Positions 1 to 10,214 of a DNA stretch of 64,000 bases are shown here, one piece after another. Positions within the stretch are counted from its first letter, which is position 1; the number at the start of each line of letters is the position of its first letter. The stretch covers positions 137,389 through 201,388 of the forward strand of contig CAVXDP010000015.1 of assembly GCA_963760485.1 (NCBI GenBank). Direction: 5' to 3'. This stretch comes from Candidatus Bathyarchaeota archaeon. GTDB taxonomy: Archaea; Thermoproteota; Bathyarchaeia; 40CM-2-53-6; CAVXDP01. The translations under genes and the position numbers were made by a program. The notes beneath the pieces were generated by a model that did no database searches, had not been told where the DNA came from, and was given only the letters and a program-made list of their open reading frames with translations.

Positions 1-289
1 TTAAGGTATGCGTCTTTGTTTAGTCTTGTGTAGAGACGCGGCTCCAAACTTACAGAGGCATTTGATGGAGACGCGACTGTTTTGACGGGAAAGTGGCTTA
101 CCGAGAGCATTGCTAAGAAGATGAGAAATCCAACTACGAGCGCTGTCTTTGGTGTTGCCATGGCGTTTTCAGTGGAGACTACTAGCTTATCATTTCTCTA
201 TTAACGGTTTTCCAAATTCATCGTACGGACGTTATTGTGCCATTGCATGGCAAACACTGATCCAATGATAGAGAAAAACGAACTGAGTT

Positions 290-455
290 TGGCGCCGGGA
301 GAGGGATTTGAACCCTCGAGGCCCGTAAGGGCCACGGGCTCTCTGTCTTCAGACTCAAGGCCCGCGCCTCTAGACCCCAACTTTTCTTGGGTTAGTCCAC
401 TCGGCCCACGGGATACATGATCTGCTCAAGCATTATCCCGGCAGATCGTCCCGGC
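290..455 (-). tRNA. Class II (long variable arm) tRNA, Ser/Leu-like, apparently carrying multiple introns; CCA encoded
   Basis: On the minus strand there is a T-arm GAGGG-TTCAAAT-CCCTC followed by acceptor 3' strand TCCCGGC, G73 and CCA (plus 290-300). The matching 5' acceptor strand GCCGGGA is at plus 449-455. A GCCGAGTGG D-arm motif and a GGCCC/GGGCC variable-arm hairpin are present. The gene is about 166 nt, which implies 2-3 introns. Exact intron boundaries were not resolved by eye. Confidence 0.5.
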
Positions 456-499
456 GCTTCCAGAAAAAATGTAAGCGACATTGCTCAATCTTAAAGTCT

Positions 500-1004
500 T
501 TGTTGAACTCCCAAAAGGATTTGAAGAACGATTGGCGAGATGTGCAAGGCTGGTATGCCGTGTCAAGGTCACCGGAGAAACGATTTGAATTCCTAGAACA
601 TACATCAGATGCTTACGTAGCGGCGTATGGAAAATCGTTGGAAGAAGCTTTTGAAAACGCTGCCTCTTGCAATGTTCGAACTCATGACCGATACCTCCAA
701 CGTTGAACCTAGAACAGCTGACTCATTTCAGATGGAAGCCCACGATGAATATGCTCTACTCTACAAGTGGCTTGAGACACTGCTAGTGAAGTTTGAGACT
801 GACATGAGACTCTACTCACGTTTCAATGTTGTCGCAATTGACAAACGTAACGGAGCGTTTACCCTTGAAGCCAAAACCTATGGAGAGACATATTCGCCTG
901 AGAAGCATCGGCCGAGAGTTGAGGTCAAAGCGGTCACATATCATAGGATGGAGATAAAAACCGAACCAAGTTTGGTTACGGTCCGTTACATTCTAGATCT
1001 CTAG
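500..1004 (+). CDS. Archease (RtcB activator), read in two frames (500..706 and 627..1004), consistent with a single-base indel near 660-668
   Basis: Frame A carries the archease N-terminus KRFEFLEHTSDAYVAAYGKSLEEAFENAA. Frame B continues with LAMFELMTD...VKAVTYHRMEIK, the archease C-terminus. Removing one T from gcctcttgc restores ENAALAMFELMTD. The gene sits immediately upstream of rtcB. Confidence 0.7.
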
Positions 1005-1118
1005 AGTTCTTGCTCCGATCTTCCTAGATGGGTCCAATCATCAAGGCCTCTGATTGATAGAAGTTTAAATGTGCCATACAAATTAGTTACGAGACCAATC
1101 AGGATTTGAAGGGATGAA

Positions 1119-2603
1119 TTGTTGAGTGATGGGGGCGGTTCTGCCCGATCTTCTGAAAGAGTTCCATTAAGGAAGATATCAAATTACATTTGGGAAATAC
1201 CTCAATCCTACAAGTCAGGAATGCGTGTTCCTGGGCGAATCTATAGTGATGAACAGCTTCTTGAGAAGATGAAAAGTGACCAGACAATAGAGCAATGCTC
1301 CAATGTTGCTCACCTTCCAGGAATCTACAATTGGGCTGTAACGCTCCCAGACGGCCACGAAGGATACGGTTTTCCAATAGGAGGTGTCGCTGCCACAGAC
1401 TATGATGAGGGGGTTGTGAGTCCTGGAGGTGTAGGATACGACATAAACTGTGGAGTAAGGCTATTAAGAACAAACCTTGAGGAAAAAGATGTTCATCCCG
1501 TTATGTCTCAGCTTTTGGAAGCCTTCTTCAACAATGTCCCATCTGGATTGGGAAGTCGAGGCAAGATAAGAGTCAGCCCAATCGAACTGGACAAAGTGGT
1601 GTCAGATGGCGTTCAGTGGGCTGTGGACAAAGGGTATGGTTGGCCAGAAGATTCAGCGCACTGCGAAGAAAATGGATGCATGGAATCTGCTGACCCGTCT
1701 AGAGTCTCATCCTCAGCTAAGGCACGTGGATGTTCTCAACTAGGGAGCCTCGGAAGCGGAAATCACTTCCTAGAGATAGAGAAAGTTGACAAAATCTTCA
1801 ATCCAAGTGTAGCGAAAAGCTTCGGTATAGAAAAACCGGGGCAGGTATTGATTCTAATTCATACTGGAAGTCGAGGTTTCGGTCATCAGATATGTAGTGA
1901 CTATCTGGTTGTCATGGAGAGGTCCGTTCGCAAATATGATCTGAGACTCCCAGACCGTCAACTTGCTTGTGCACCTTTGAAAAGCAAGGAAGCGGAAGAC
2001 TATCTTCCAGCGATGGCTTCAGCCTGCAACTTTGCGTGGGTCAATAGACAGATGATTACCCACTGGACTCGAGAAGCCTTTGAGAAGGTTTTGGGAAGGT
2101 CAGCCGAGGCGATGAACATGCACGTCACATACGATGTTGCCCATAATATCGCAAAGATAGAAGAGCATGAAATCGATGGAAAGACAGTGAAAGTCTGCGT
2201 CCATCGAAAGGGAGCCACGCGAGCATTTCCCCCTGGCAACGCAAATATTCCATCTGACTATAGAGAGGTTGGCCAGCCAGTGCTACTTCCCGGAAGTATG
2301 GGGACCTCGTCTTGGGTTCTAGTCGGAACAAAAAAGGCGATGGAACTCAGTTTCGGATCCACAGCTCACGGTGCCGGGCGCGTTCTAAGTAGATCGGCGG
2401 CCAAGCGAAGATTCTGGGGTGCCGATGTAAAGAAGAACTTGGAAGACCAGGGGATAATGATTAGAGCAGCTGATATGGCGGTTGTAAGTGAGGAGGCACC
2501 ACAGGCCTACAAGGACGTGGACAGGGTGGTAAACGTGAGTCATGAACTCGGAATAGCGACAAAGGTCGTAAGGCTCGTTCCCCTTGGAGTAACGAAAGGT
2601 TAG
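1119..2603 (+). CDS. rtcB: RNA-splicing ligase RtcB (tRNA ligase)
   Basis: The 494-aa product has RtcB hallmarks: MRVPGRIY, GYGFPIGGVAATD, NCGVRLL, and His-rich metal sites (HTGSRGFGHQ, HNIAKIEEHE). It is adjacent to archease. Confidence 0.9.
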   Translation: MLSDGGGSARSSERVPLRKISNYIWEIPQSYKSGMRVPGRIYSDEQLLEKMKSDQTIEQCSNVAHLPGIYNWAVTLPDGHEGYGFPIGGVAATDYDEGVVSPGGVGYDINCGVRLLRTNLEEKDVHPVMSQLLEAFFNNVPSGLGSRGKIRVSPIELDKVVSDGVQWAVDKGYGWPEDSAHCEENGCMESADPSRVSSSAKARGCSQLGSLGSGNHFLEIEKVDKIFNPSVAKSFGIEKPGQVLILIHTGSRGFGHQICSDYLVVMERSVRKYDLRLPDRQLACAPLKSKEAEDYLPAMASACNFAWVNRQMITHWTREAFEKVLGRSAEAMNMHVTYDVAHNIAKIEEHEIDGKTVKVCVHRKGATRAFPPGNANIPSDYREVGQPVLLPGSMGTSSWVLVGTKKAMELSFGSTAHGAGRVLSRSAAKRRFWGADVKKNLEDQGIMIRAADMAVVSEEAPQAYKDVDRVVNVSHELGIATKVVRLVPLGVTKG

Positions 2604-2630
2604 TACTTACTGGTACTAAGCTAAGCGTCT

Positions 2631-3704
2631 TCACCATATCGTCCGCTTCAGCTTTGATATACCATCTATGGGAGTGGGATCGATTCCCCTAGCAATCGCC
2701 AAATAGACCGAGACATAGTCGCCCATGTAGATAGCGGTTAGTAGTCTTGCCAGTCTGTTTGACCCCGTTCCAACGATTTCTGAAATGTTTTTTATCCCAA
2801 GATTCTTGAGGTATTCTAGGGTTCCCTGAACGATTCGACTCTCCTTCTCATCTTGATTGTCATCTCTGATAAAGATGAATGAGCACCTCCAGAGATCAGA
2901 GGCAAGTTCAGGCCAACTCTCAACCTCGTTATGGCAAATCTCGGGAATAGTATCGAATTTTGAATGGACTTTGCTGTTCTCGTTTAGTTGGTTCTTGAAT
3001 CGTCGGGCAGTGCTTCTCATACGTTCAAGTGAATAGATTATGGGAAACCTGTTGACGAGTCTCAAAGCCATTCTCTTGGCGGGGTTGCCCTCGGTGTCTC
3101 CGGAAATATCTAGTGCCTGCCTGAGTGCTTTCAAATCATCTACAGCGGATTCTATATCCCCGAAATCCCGAATAATTCCGTACTCCAGCAAGATCGAGCT
3201 AACGGCACCAAAAATCCGTGGAAACGCAGCTCTCGGAGGGATGCCTGCTTCAACTCGCGTAATAGGGATGTCATGTTTCCTAGACAATTCTTCTAGTCTT
3301 CCTCCCGAAGTCACTGCGTGAACAAGGCAACGTTTACTTCTAGCTTCGTCGAATTGGCCGAGTGTTTCTCTAGTTTCTCCAGAGTAGCTTATGGCTATCA
3401 CAAGCGTATTCTGATCTGCGAATTTCGGTAGGCGAAGTCCTCTATTCACAACTATAGGAATCGGAACATTCTCCAACAACCAGTCCGAGATGACGTCACC
3501 TGCAATTGAGGATCCGCCCTGGCCAGCGACAATGACCTTTTCTGGCATTGCATGGTTCTTGGTTCCAGCTTCACTTGACTGGTAGCTCCTGATCGTGACT
3601 TGCAGATCTTCAGGGAGATGTTGAATATTCGATAGCATATGAGAGCGATCGATACTTCTCATCCGTGATAAGTCGTCGAGTATGCTTGACATGTCATTTT
3701 CCAC
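2631..3704 (-). CDS. SIS-domain sugar-phosphate isomerase, likely a bifunctional phosphoglucose/phosphomannose isomerase
   Basis: The 357-aa product has an SIS fold signature (VIVAGQGGSSIAGD ... AISYSGET); its length and architecture resemble archaeal PGI/PMI. Confidence 0.55.
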   Translation of the reverse strand: MENDMSSILDDLSRMRSIDRSHMLSNIQHLPEDLQVTIRSYQSSEAGTKNHAMPEKVIVAGQGGSSIAGDVISDWLLENVPIPIVVNRGLRLPKFADQNTLVIAISYSGETRETLGQFDEARSKRCLVHAVTSGGRLEELSRKHDIPITRVEAGIPPRAAFPRIFGAVSSILLEYGIIRDFGDIESAVDDLKALRQALDISGDTEGNPAKRMALRLVNRFPIIYSLERMRSTARRFKNQLNENSKVHSKFDTIPEICHNEVESWPELASDLWRCSFIFIRDDNQDEKESRIVQGTLEYLKNLGIKNISEIVGTGSNRLARLLTAIYMGDYVSVYLAIARGIDPTPIDGISKLKRTIW

Positions 3705-3938
3705 GATTCATGGTGTCTTCTAGATCTAATGTAAGCTTTTTCACCAATCAACAATGAAGGCGAACAATAGAAACAAGGAGAGGATCAAAATGTCTGTGCC
3801 TCTTCTGGAGGTTGATTGAAGAAACCTTAAAATGGTTGATTCTTCGTTGTAGACTGGCTTTCCTCGAGAGTTCCAAGCGAAAGCTCCAAGCAACGAGCTT
3901 GGTCCATCGCTATCAGAATTTCTAGGGGTAAGATTTCA

Positions 3939-4946
3939 ATGGGTCACAGAAAGATACATGGTCCTAAGAGAGGTTCTCTCGCCTACTTGCCTAGGGGACG
4001 AGCTGCAAGTGTTGTTGGTAGAATAAGACACTGGCCTACAGTCGACGGGAAACCTTCTCTTCTTGCGTTTCTTGGGGTGAAAGCGGGAATGACGCATGTT
4101 CTCGCAACGGACAGTAGAAAAGGTTCTATGACATTCGGGAAGGAAATCGTGATTCCAGCCACGGTAATAGAAACCCCGCCTGTGGTGGTGGCTGGAGTTA
4201 GAGCATACGTGGATACTGTAAACGGTATCAGATCGTATGGCGAGGCATGGGCTAGCAATCCTCTGAAGGACTTGGGCAGAGTACTGACACTTGCCAAGGA
4301 GTATCCCACAGAATCTTCTTTGAAGAAGATTGAGGACGTATTAGAGAAGGTTGTGGAGGTCAGGGCTATCCTTGCGACTCAACCGAGACTTACAAAGATT
4401 GGCAAGAAAAGCCCAGACATTTTGGAAGTCAAGGTGGGAGGCGGAACGACAAAGGAATGTTTCGAGTACGCCAAGAGCCTTCTTGGAAAAGAAGTGAAAT
4501 TCCAAGATGCATTCAAGGAAGGTCAGATGGTTGACGCGATCGCAGTGACCAAGGGAAAAGGAATTCAGGGACCTGTGAAACGGTGGGGTGTTAGTAAACT
4601 TTTTCACAAATCGAGAAAGACCGTACGTGGTACTGGAACACTCGGTGCTTGGCATCCTCACTACGTTATGTACTCAGTCCCACGGGCCGGGCAGATGGGT
4701 TTCATGCAGAGAACAGAGTATAACAAACAGATCCTCAAGATTGGAGAGAAGGGCGTGGACATCACTCCAAAAGGCGGATTCATCAGATACGGCATCGTTG
4801 GTGGAGGATACGTCCTTCTAAGAGGAAGTGTTCCAGGGCAACTCAAGCGGGTGATCACCTTAAGAAGGGCTGCTAGACCCCCAACCTTGGAGACAGAGCC
4901 GAAAAAGTTCGAGTACGTTAGCCTAGGATCTACACACGTGAAATAG
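3939..4946 (+). CDS. rpl3: 50S ribosomal protein L3
   Basis: The 335-aa product is L3-like (FLGVKAGMTHV ... GKGIQGPVKRWGV), and it is first in the L3-L4-L23-L2-S19-L22 gene order. Confidence 0.9.
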   Translation: MGHRKIHGPKRGSLAYLPRGRAASVVGRIRHWPTVDGKPSLLAFLGVKAGMTHVLATDSRKGSMTFGKEIVIPATVIETPPVVVAGVRAYVDTVNGIRSYGEAWASNPLKDLGRVLTLAKEYPTESSLKKIEDVLEKVVEVRAILATQPRLTKIGKKSPDILEVKVGGGTTKECFEYAKSLLGKEVKFQDAFKEGQMVDAIAVTKGKGIQGPVKRWGVSKLFHKSRKTVRGTGTLGAWHPHYVMYSVPRAGQMGFMQRTEYNKQILKIGEKGVDITPKGGFIRYGIVGGGYVLLRGSVPGQLKRVITLRRAARPPTLETEPKKFEYVSLGSTHVK

Positions 4947-4949
4947 TAG

Positions 4950-5753
4950 GTGTACATCTTGTCCGGACACTTGGTGAAAGTCTACGATATTGATGGGAAG
5001 GAGACAAGAGAGATCAGCCTTCCAAAGATCTTCTCGGTCGACTTCAGGCCAGATGTCATAAGGAAAGTCGTGGTCGCCCTTCAGTCACATTCACTTCAGC
5101 CAAAGGGTCGAAATCTTATGGCTGGGAAAAGAACCACAGCAGAGTCACTCGGCGTCGGGCATGCCTTGGCAAGGGTGCCGCGTGTCAAAGGAGAGCGTTA
5201 CCCGCGGTCTGGCAATGCGGCTTTTGCTCCGAACACCGTTAAGGGTCGAGTAACCCATCCGCCGAAAGCTGAAAAGACTATCAGAAAAAGGATCAATCGA
5301 AAAGAACGTTTGATGGCTTTGTTCTCAGCCGTAGCTGCAACGGGGTCGAAAGATCTTGTTCAGAAGCGTGGGCATGTTGTGGATGAAGTTCAGACTTTTC
5401 CGTTGGTAGTTACAGATGATATTCAGAATCTCTCTCGAACATCAGATGTTCGAAGCCTGTTGACAAGAATTGGAGTAGTCGATGACTTGGAGAGGGCTCG
5501 AGACAGAGAGAAGAGCCTATCAGGCAAGAGTAGAATGCGCGGCAGAGCGAAACGGTTTGGAGTGGGACCTTTGCTGGTCGTTGGAGAGGACAAGGGATTG
5601 GGAAAGGCGGCGCGCAATCTCACGGGTGTTGATGTGGTTGAAGCGAAGAACTTAAACGTTCAACTCCTCGCGCCAGGTACAGACGCCGGAAGGCTCACAG
5701 TTTGGTCCGAATCAGCTCTAAAGATACTGGACCAATTCCATTCGAAGGTGTGA
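4950..5753 (+). CDS. rpl4: 50S ribosomal protein L4
   Basis: The 267-aa product has the L4 N-terminus VKVYDIDGKETREISLP; its position follows L3. Confidence 0.85.
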   Translation: MYILSGHLVKVYDIDGKETREISLPKIFSVDFRPDVIRKVVVALQSHSLQPKGRNLMAGKRTTAESLGVGHALARVPRVKGERYPRSGNAAFAPNTVKGRVTHPPKAEKTIRKRINRKERLMALFSAVAATGSKDLVQKRGHVVDEVQTFPLVVTDDIQNLSRTSDVRSLLTRIGVVDDLERARDREKSLSGKSRMRGRAKRFGVGPLLVVGEDKGLGKAARNLTGVDVVEAKNLNVQLLAPGTDAGRLTVWSESALKILDQFHSKV

Positions 5754-5757
5754 GAAA

Positions 5758-6027
5758 TTGGGAAAGATGACAAGTCGTGAAGTGATCGTTCATCCACTGA
5801 TCTCAGAGGATACCATTACGTTGATTGAAGCCGAAAACAAGATAACGTTTATCGTCAGCATCAAGGCTGATAAGCACGATATCAAGAGGGCTGTAAGAGA
5901 ACTCTACGAGGTAGACGTGGTCCAAGTTACTACTTGCATAACGCCGGACGGACGCAAGAAGGCCTATGTAAGACTCGCTCCTGAGAACAAGGCAGCAGAC
6001 TTGGCCGTAAAACTAGGTGTACTATAG
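5758..6027 (+). CDS. rpl23: 50S ribosomal protein L23
   Basis: The 89-aa product matches the L23 family and sits between L4 and L2. Confidence 0.85.
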   Translation: MGKMTSREVIVHPLISEDTITLIEAENKITFIVSIKADKHDIKRAVRELYEVDVVQVTTCITPDGRKKAYVRLAPENKAADLAVKLGVL

Positions 6028-6038
6028 AGGGGTTAGAT

Positions 6039-6782
6039 ATGGGAAAACGGATAATGGTTAGGAGAAGAGGCAGGGGAACATCTGTCTTCAGGGCTCATAC
6101 TTATGGGAGAATCAGCGAAGCTTCTTATCCACCACTTCCAATCGGCACGTCCGAGACTGTGAAAGGAGTAGTTGAGGATATCTTTCATGAACCGGCCAGA
6201 GGTACGCCATTGGCACTAATCAGATTTGAGAATCGTGAAGTATTCTACATTCCAGCACCAGAGGGGCTGAGCACTCAGAGAGACGTGGTCTTCGGTCCAA
6301 CTGCCAATGTGGAAATTGGAAACATTAAACCAATCAGCTCAATCCCAGAAGGCACCATGATATGCAATATTGAATTTCGCCCCGGCGACGGTGGAAAGAT
6401 TGCGAGAGCTTCGGGAACATACGCGACAGTGGTTGCACATACGCCTATAGGAACCGAGTTGAAATTGCCTTCTGGAAAATCCATTTACATCGGGGATCAA
6501 TGTCGCGCGATGATTGGAGTTGTAGCCGCAGCGGGTAGAACTGAGAAACCATTTCTCAAAGCTGGGTCGGTCGAGTTTCTCATGTCCTCGAGAGGTAGAA
6601 GATGGCCAGTTGTCAAGGGACAAGCTATGATTTCAGCCTCACACCCGTACGGAGGAGGTAGACACAAACACGCTGGAAAGCCAACTACAGTAGGCAGAGA
6701 TACTCCGCCGGGCAGAAAAGTTGGATTAATAGCTGCGAGACAGTCAGGAAGAGCAAAGAGAAGAATGCGAATCGCGAGATAA
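6039..6782 (+). CDS. rpl2: 50S ribosomal protein L2
   Basis: The 247-aa product has L2 motifs (GRNSRG-like GGGRHKHAGKP, SGRAKRR). Confidence 0.9.
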   Translation: MGKRIMVRRRGRGTSVFRAHTYGRISEASYPPLPIGTSETVKGVVEDIFHEPARGTPLALIRFENREVFYIPAPEGLSTQRDVVFGPTANVEIGNIKPISSIPEGTMICNIEFRPGDGGKIARASGTYATVVAHTPIGTELKLPSGKSIYIGDQCRAMIGVVAAAGRTEKPFLKAGSVEFLMSSRGRRWPVVKGQAMISASHPYGGGRHKHAGKPTTVGRDTPPGRKVGLIAARQSGRAKRRMRIAR

Positions 6783-6832
6783 AAATTTGAAAGACTTAAC
6801 TAGATCATTCGGAACTTGATGAGATGATATAG

Positions 6833-7238
6833 ATGCCTAAAGAATTCTTATTTCAGAGGATACAACCTCGAACAACTCCAACAGACATCGATGGACGACT
6901 TCATAAGACTACTTCCGGCAAGACAGCGTCGATCATTACTAAGAGGACTTACTGATGATCAGAAGAAACTGCTGGAACACATCAGACAAGTGAGACGCGC
7001 ATCCGAAAAAGACAAGAAATCCCCGATAAGGACACAATGCCGAGATATGATAATCCTTCCCGAAATGGTGGGGTTGACTATACTAGTCCACAACGGCAAA
7101 GAGTTCGCTCAGGTTGACATAACGCCAGCGATGATCGGGCACTATCTCGGTGAATTCTCCAGCCCAATCAAGAAGGTATCCCATGGAACTCCAGGAATCG
7201 GAGCATCTAGGAGCTCAATGTACGTTCCATTGAAGTAG
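6833..7238 (+). CDS. rps19: 30S ribosomal protein S19, with its N-terminus in a different frame from the body (single-base indel near 6848-6856)
   Basis: ATG at 6833 gives MPKEFLF, which matches the S19 N-terminus MPKEF.YRGY. The body [32 protein letters not shown]...GHYLGEFS is offset by +1 after tttc. The ORF track starts only at the internal Met at 6891. Confidence 0.8.
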
Positions 7239-7302
7239 TCCAGTACCACCTTTTCTATTTGATGACGAGCACCAGAGCGATCTTGTTGTTCATGGATTAA
7301 GC

Positions 7303-7554
7303 CTAATTTGACTTCTTCTTTGCGACACTGTAAGCAAGGTATCCACACACTGAAGCAATGACTAGGATAGTCAAAGATAGCATAGGTGCAAAGGTTGTCT
7401 TCACCGCAGCACCTGCATTCGCCTTGACACTTGTTTCCCTAAGAATCTCATATGTGGCAGGCGTGGTAACGTGTGGAATCACCTGAAAGTAGGTGAAGGT
7501 CAAAACAACGGCCAGAAGTAGCCCAAATGCTGCGTATCCAGCTTCCCTTTTCAA
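7303..7554 (-). CDS. Small membrane protein (two predicted TM helices), hypothetical
   Basis: The 83-aa ORF has hydrophobic segments. It is inserted on the opposite strand between rps19 and rpl22. Confidence 0.3.
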   Translation of the reverse strand: MKREAGYAAFGLLLAVVLTFTYFQVIPHVTTPATYEILRETSVKANAGAAVKTTFAPMLSLTILVIASVCGYLAYSVAKKKSN

Positions 7555-7626
7555 ATTCTCCCTCCCTCTTCTTTCAATTCAAATCGGCTCATTTAATTCT
7601 AGACTCTAGAACGACAAGTTCACTTT

Positions 7627-8088
7627 CTAGAACAGCTTCTCCTTCCAAATTCTTACAGTCTCAAATATCGACGTGGCCGATGCGATCAAGCCGAAGATCA
7701 CTGCCATCGTGTCTGGAACCAATGAGAGCCATAACGATCCCATCAGATACAACATGAGCGAGGCCGAGAAGAAAACGGCGTAGAAGAGATAGCGTGGTAG
7801 AACAAGCTTCCCGAACTTTAGAAAGAGGCGGAGTGTACCAACTTTGACCTGTTCAATGAGACGATACTGGCCGTACTCGTCCTTTTGGATAACGCCTAAT
7901 TCCCTTAGTTTTTCAAGATGATGAAGGGCTGTGCTTGGGCTTGCAAGCCCACAGGCTCTCTGGACCTCTCTGACCCCAACAGACTTCTGAGATTTGAAGA
8001 CTTGCCAGTATATTCGAAGTGTGGTTCCACGAAGTTCCGCCTCTACCCTTTGAAGCCCTTCTTTATTCTCCGACATTTTGCCACACAC
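7627..8088 (-). CDS. Membrane-anchored winged-helix transcriptional regulator (wHTH N-terminus plus two C-terminal TM helices)
   Basis: The N-terminus has a wHTH-like segment LRIYWQVFKSQKSVGVREVQRACGLASPSTALHHLEKLRELGVI; the C-terminal portion is hydrophobic. It lies opposite-strand inside the ribosomal-protein cluster. Confidence 0.45.
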   Translation of the reverse strand: MCGKMSENKEGLQRVEAELRGTTLRIYWQVFKSQKSVGVREVQRACGLASPSTALHHLEKLRELGVIQKDEYGQYRLIEQVKVGTLRLFLKFGKLVLPRYLFYAVFFSASLMLYLMGSLWLSLVPDTMAVIFGLIASATSIFETVRIWKEKLF

Positions 8089-8276
8089 TGCTCCATTAGC
8101 ATACTATACTCGTGGAATTCTAGGATAGTCGTGTTCTGACCATATCAAAAGCCTTTTTATTACCCAGTATTCTTCTAGAACGCAACTTCGAAAGTGGATA
8201 AGGTAAAACGTCATGCCAGAATGGGGTTACTCGGTCAAGGGGCTGGATCCCGATAAGAGTGTGAAATGCGCAGGTC

Positions 8277-8681
8277 GTGAACTCAAAATATCACCCAAGG
8301 CCGACCGTGGAAATCTGTCACACAATAAGAGGGATGAAAATCGCTGAGGCAAAGACCCTGCTCGAAGAAGTGATCAAGAAGAAACGGGCTATAGCCTACA
8401 GGCGATACAAGAAAGAGGTTTCTCACAAGAGCCTGCCAGAAAGATGGTACGCAGGGAAATACCCCGTAAAGGCCGCAGATCGAATTTTGATGTTACTGAA
8501 CGAACTTGAGGCCAATGCCGAGTACAAAGGCCTTGATTTGGAGAACCTACGAATTATTCACGCAGCATCTCATAGGGGACGAAAGATTAGGGGTTACACT
8601 CCTCGAGGTTTCGGTAGGGCTTCTCCATCCTATGAGACACTAACTCACGTTGAACTTGTAGGATACGAGGCTTCTTCGTAA
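8277..8681 (+). CDS. rpl22: 50S ribosomal protein L22
   Basis: The 134-aa product is L22-like (KAIAYRRYKK ... ILMLLNELEANAEYKGLDLENLRI...ASHRGRKIRG). Confidence 0.85.
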   Translation: MNSKYHPRPTVEICHTIRGMKIAEAKTLLEEVIKKKRAIAYRRYKKEVSHKSLPERWYAGKYPVKAADRILMLLNELEANAEYKGLDLENLRIIHAASHRGRKIRGYTPRGFGRASPSYETLTHVELVGYEASS

Positions 8682-10214
8682 TTAGTTCCCTTATTGACCG
8701 AGCAAGATGTCACTAGGTCCTCTGTATCCCTCTTTGGAAGGTCAAGGTCTCTATGGGCCCAGATACCTTCCTTAAGTAGCTTTGGCGCTCGCAACCTAGA
8801 TGAAATGGGCTTATTTCGAAGGATTTTACTTTGACTTCCTTTGTGAATTTGCTTCTTTTAACCTAATGAGCTAGTTTCAGGATGTTTGCTTGCTTGCCCG
8901 TTATGTAAGGATCCAGAAGACGTACCTTAGACCTTTCAATGCAGTGATATTACAGAAGGTCTTTAGAGGCTTGCATCCAGCAGTATGAAGAATCCATAAG
9001 AACGTCTTGTAGAACGCAAGAAGCAGCAGAAGAAGGAACGCATCGTGCTTTGCTAAGGCTTTGCTTATGTTCTATCGTTCCTTGAAGGGCCTTTATCTGC
9101 TTCTATTGTGAAAGAGCTAGGCATATCAAGGCATAGTAGAAGAGAGCATAAGCAAAGAAGTCAAACGCTTTCAGCATACTCCTAAGTCAGTACAGTCTGC
9201 CATCTACTAGTATCATATTTTCTGGCCTTTGTCTGCTTGTAACCATATGCTATGATCATTGTACTGGAATGATGTTCTTTGAATGCTCTTGGTAGCACAA
9301 GAGCATCTCATGTGAGTTCCTTTGATGGTCTCAGAGAGTAGAAAGAGCTAATTGTCGCAAAATGAGATTTTTAGACAAATTTACAAAGGAGCTGTAAGCC
9401 AGTTTTGGCTATTTACCTCATTTCTCGCTTATTTGTTCCTGTAGACCTTTCGCTTAGAGAGGTTCAGTCCAAAATGAGCCTCATGAGCCTATCTAGAGAC
9501 TTCAGTCGAAGGAGAGGTTCCAGAGGCGCGTCCTGCTTGTTCGGAGGAGGAAAAGAGCGTATTGGTGATGGTTTCTAATGTCCTTCGAGGGCTTTGCGGC
9601 AATCTGGTTATTCTTCAAGGGTCTTCTGGTGCTTCTTCGGCTTTCTTAGAGCTTGATGTCTTCTTTGCAGGCTCTCTGAATCCTTGCTAAGGAGCTTTGC
9701 TGTCTTCTTGAGCCTCTTCTTCTAAGGGATAGATATTCATGATAATAGTTCTTGGTGAAGCCTTCAGAGTGTACTAGAAGCCTAGTTCTCCTGCTCACCT
9801 ACGTTTTCACTGCCTGTCATCGCCTTCATCACTGCTTATCATCACTTTCACCAATGCTCATCACTGCCCTCGTCACTGTCTTCGGGCTTGTGTACACATT
9901 TGCCTGTATCCGTCACTCGAAGTTGACTATTAGACGCCTAGCACTTGTTGTGGTTGAACTTTGAACCTCTGTGGTGGTTAAGCTTGTAGTTATGCCAGTA
10001 CCGACAATCGTCCCAGCCTGTGAGAAACCTGATCGAGGCTCCGCAGTCACAGACTCCCCAGATGCTGCAGTTAGCAATCGACGGAGTCCACGTACAGGTT
10101 CCAGGCGTAGCGCTTGACCATCTCATCGTTTGTGTTTTTCTCCTTCAGTCGTTCCCATTGCCCGGTAGCATCAAAAACTTGAACTGGAATACGGTAATCT
10201 AATAGCTCTTCAAA

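Noticed and set aside
235-420. 61-aa ORF on the + strand
   Set aside because: It overlaps the minus-strand intron-containing tRNA and is a read-through artefact.
2000-4957. Antisense or embedded ORFs inside rtcB, the PGI/PMI-like gene, rpl3 and rpl4 (for example 2000..2239, 3040..3321, 3983..4309, 4341..4661, 4661..4957)
   Set aside because: They are entirely contained within well-supported conserved genes on the opposite strand or in another frame.
8700-10200. A degraded rps3 or another gene in the ORF-free region after rpl22
   Set aside because: No frame gives KH-domain or S3-like peptide; only K/E-rich low-complexity fragments appear on the reverse strand.
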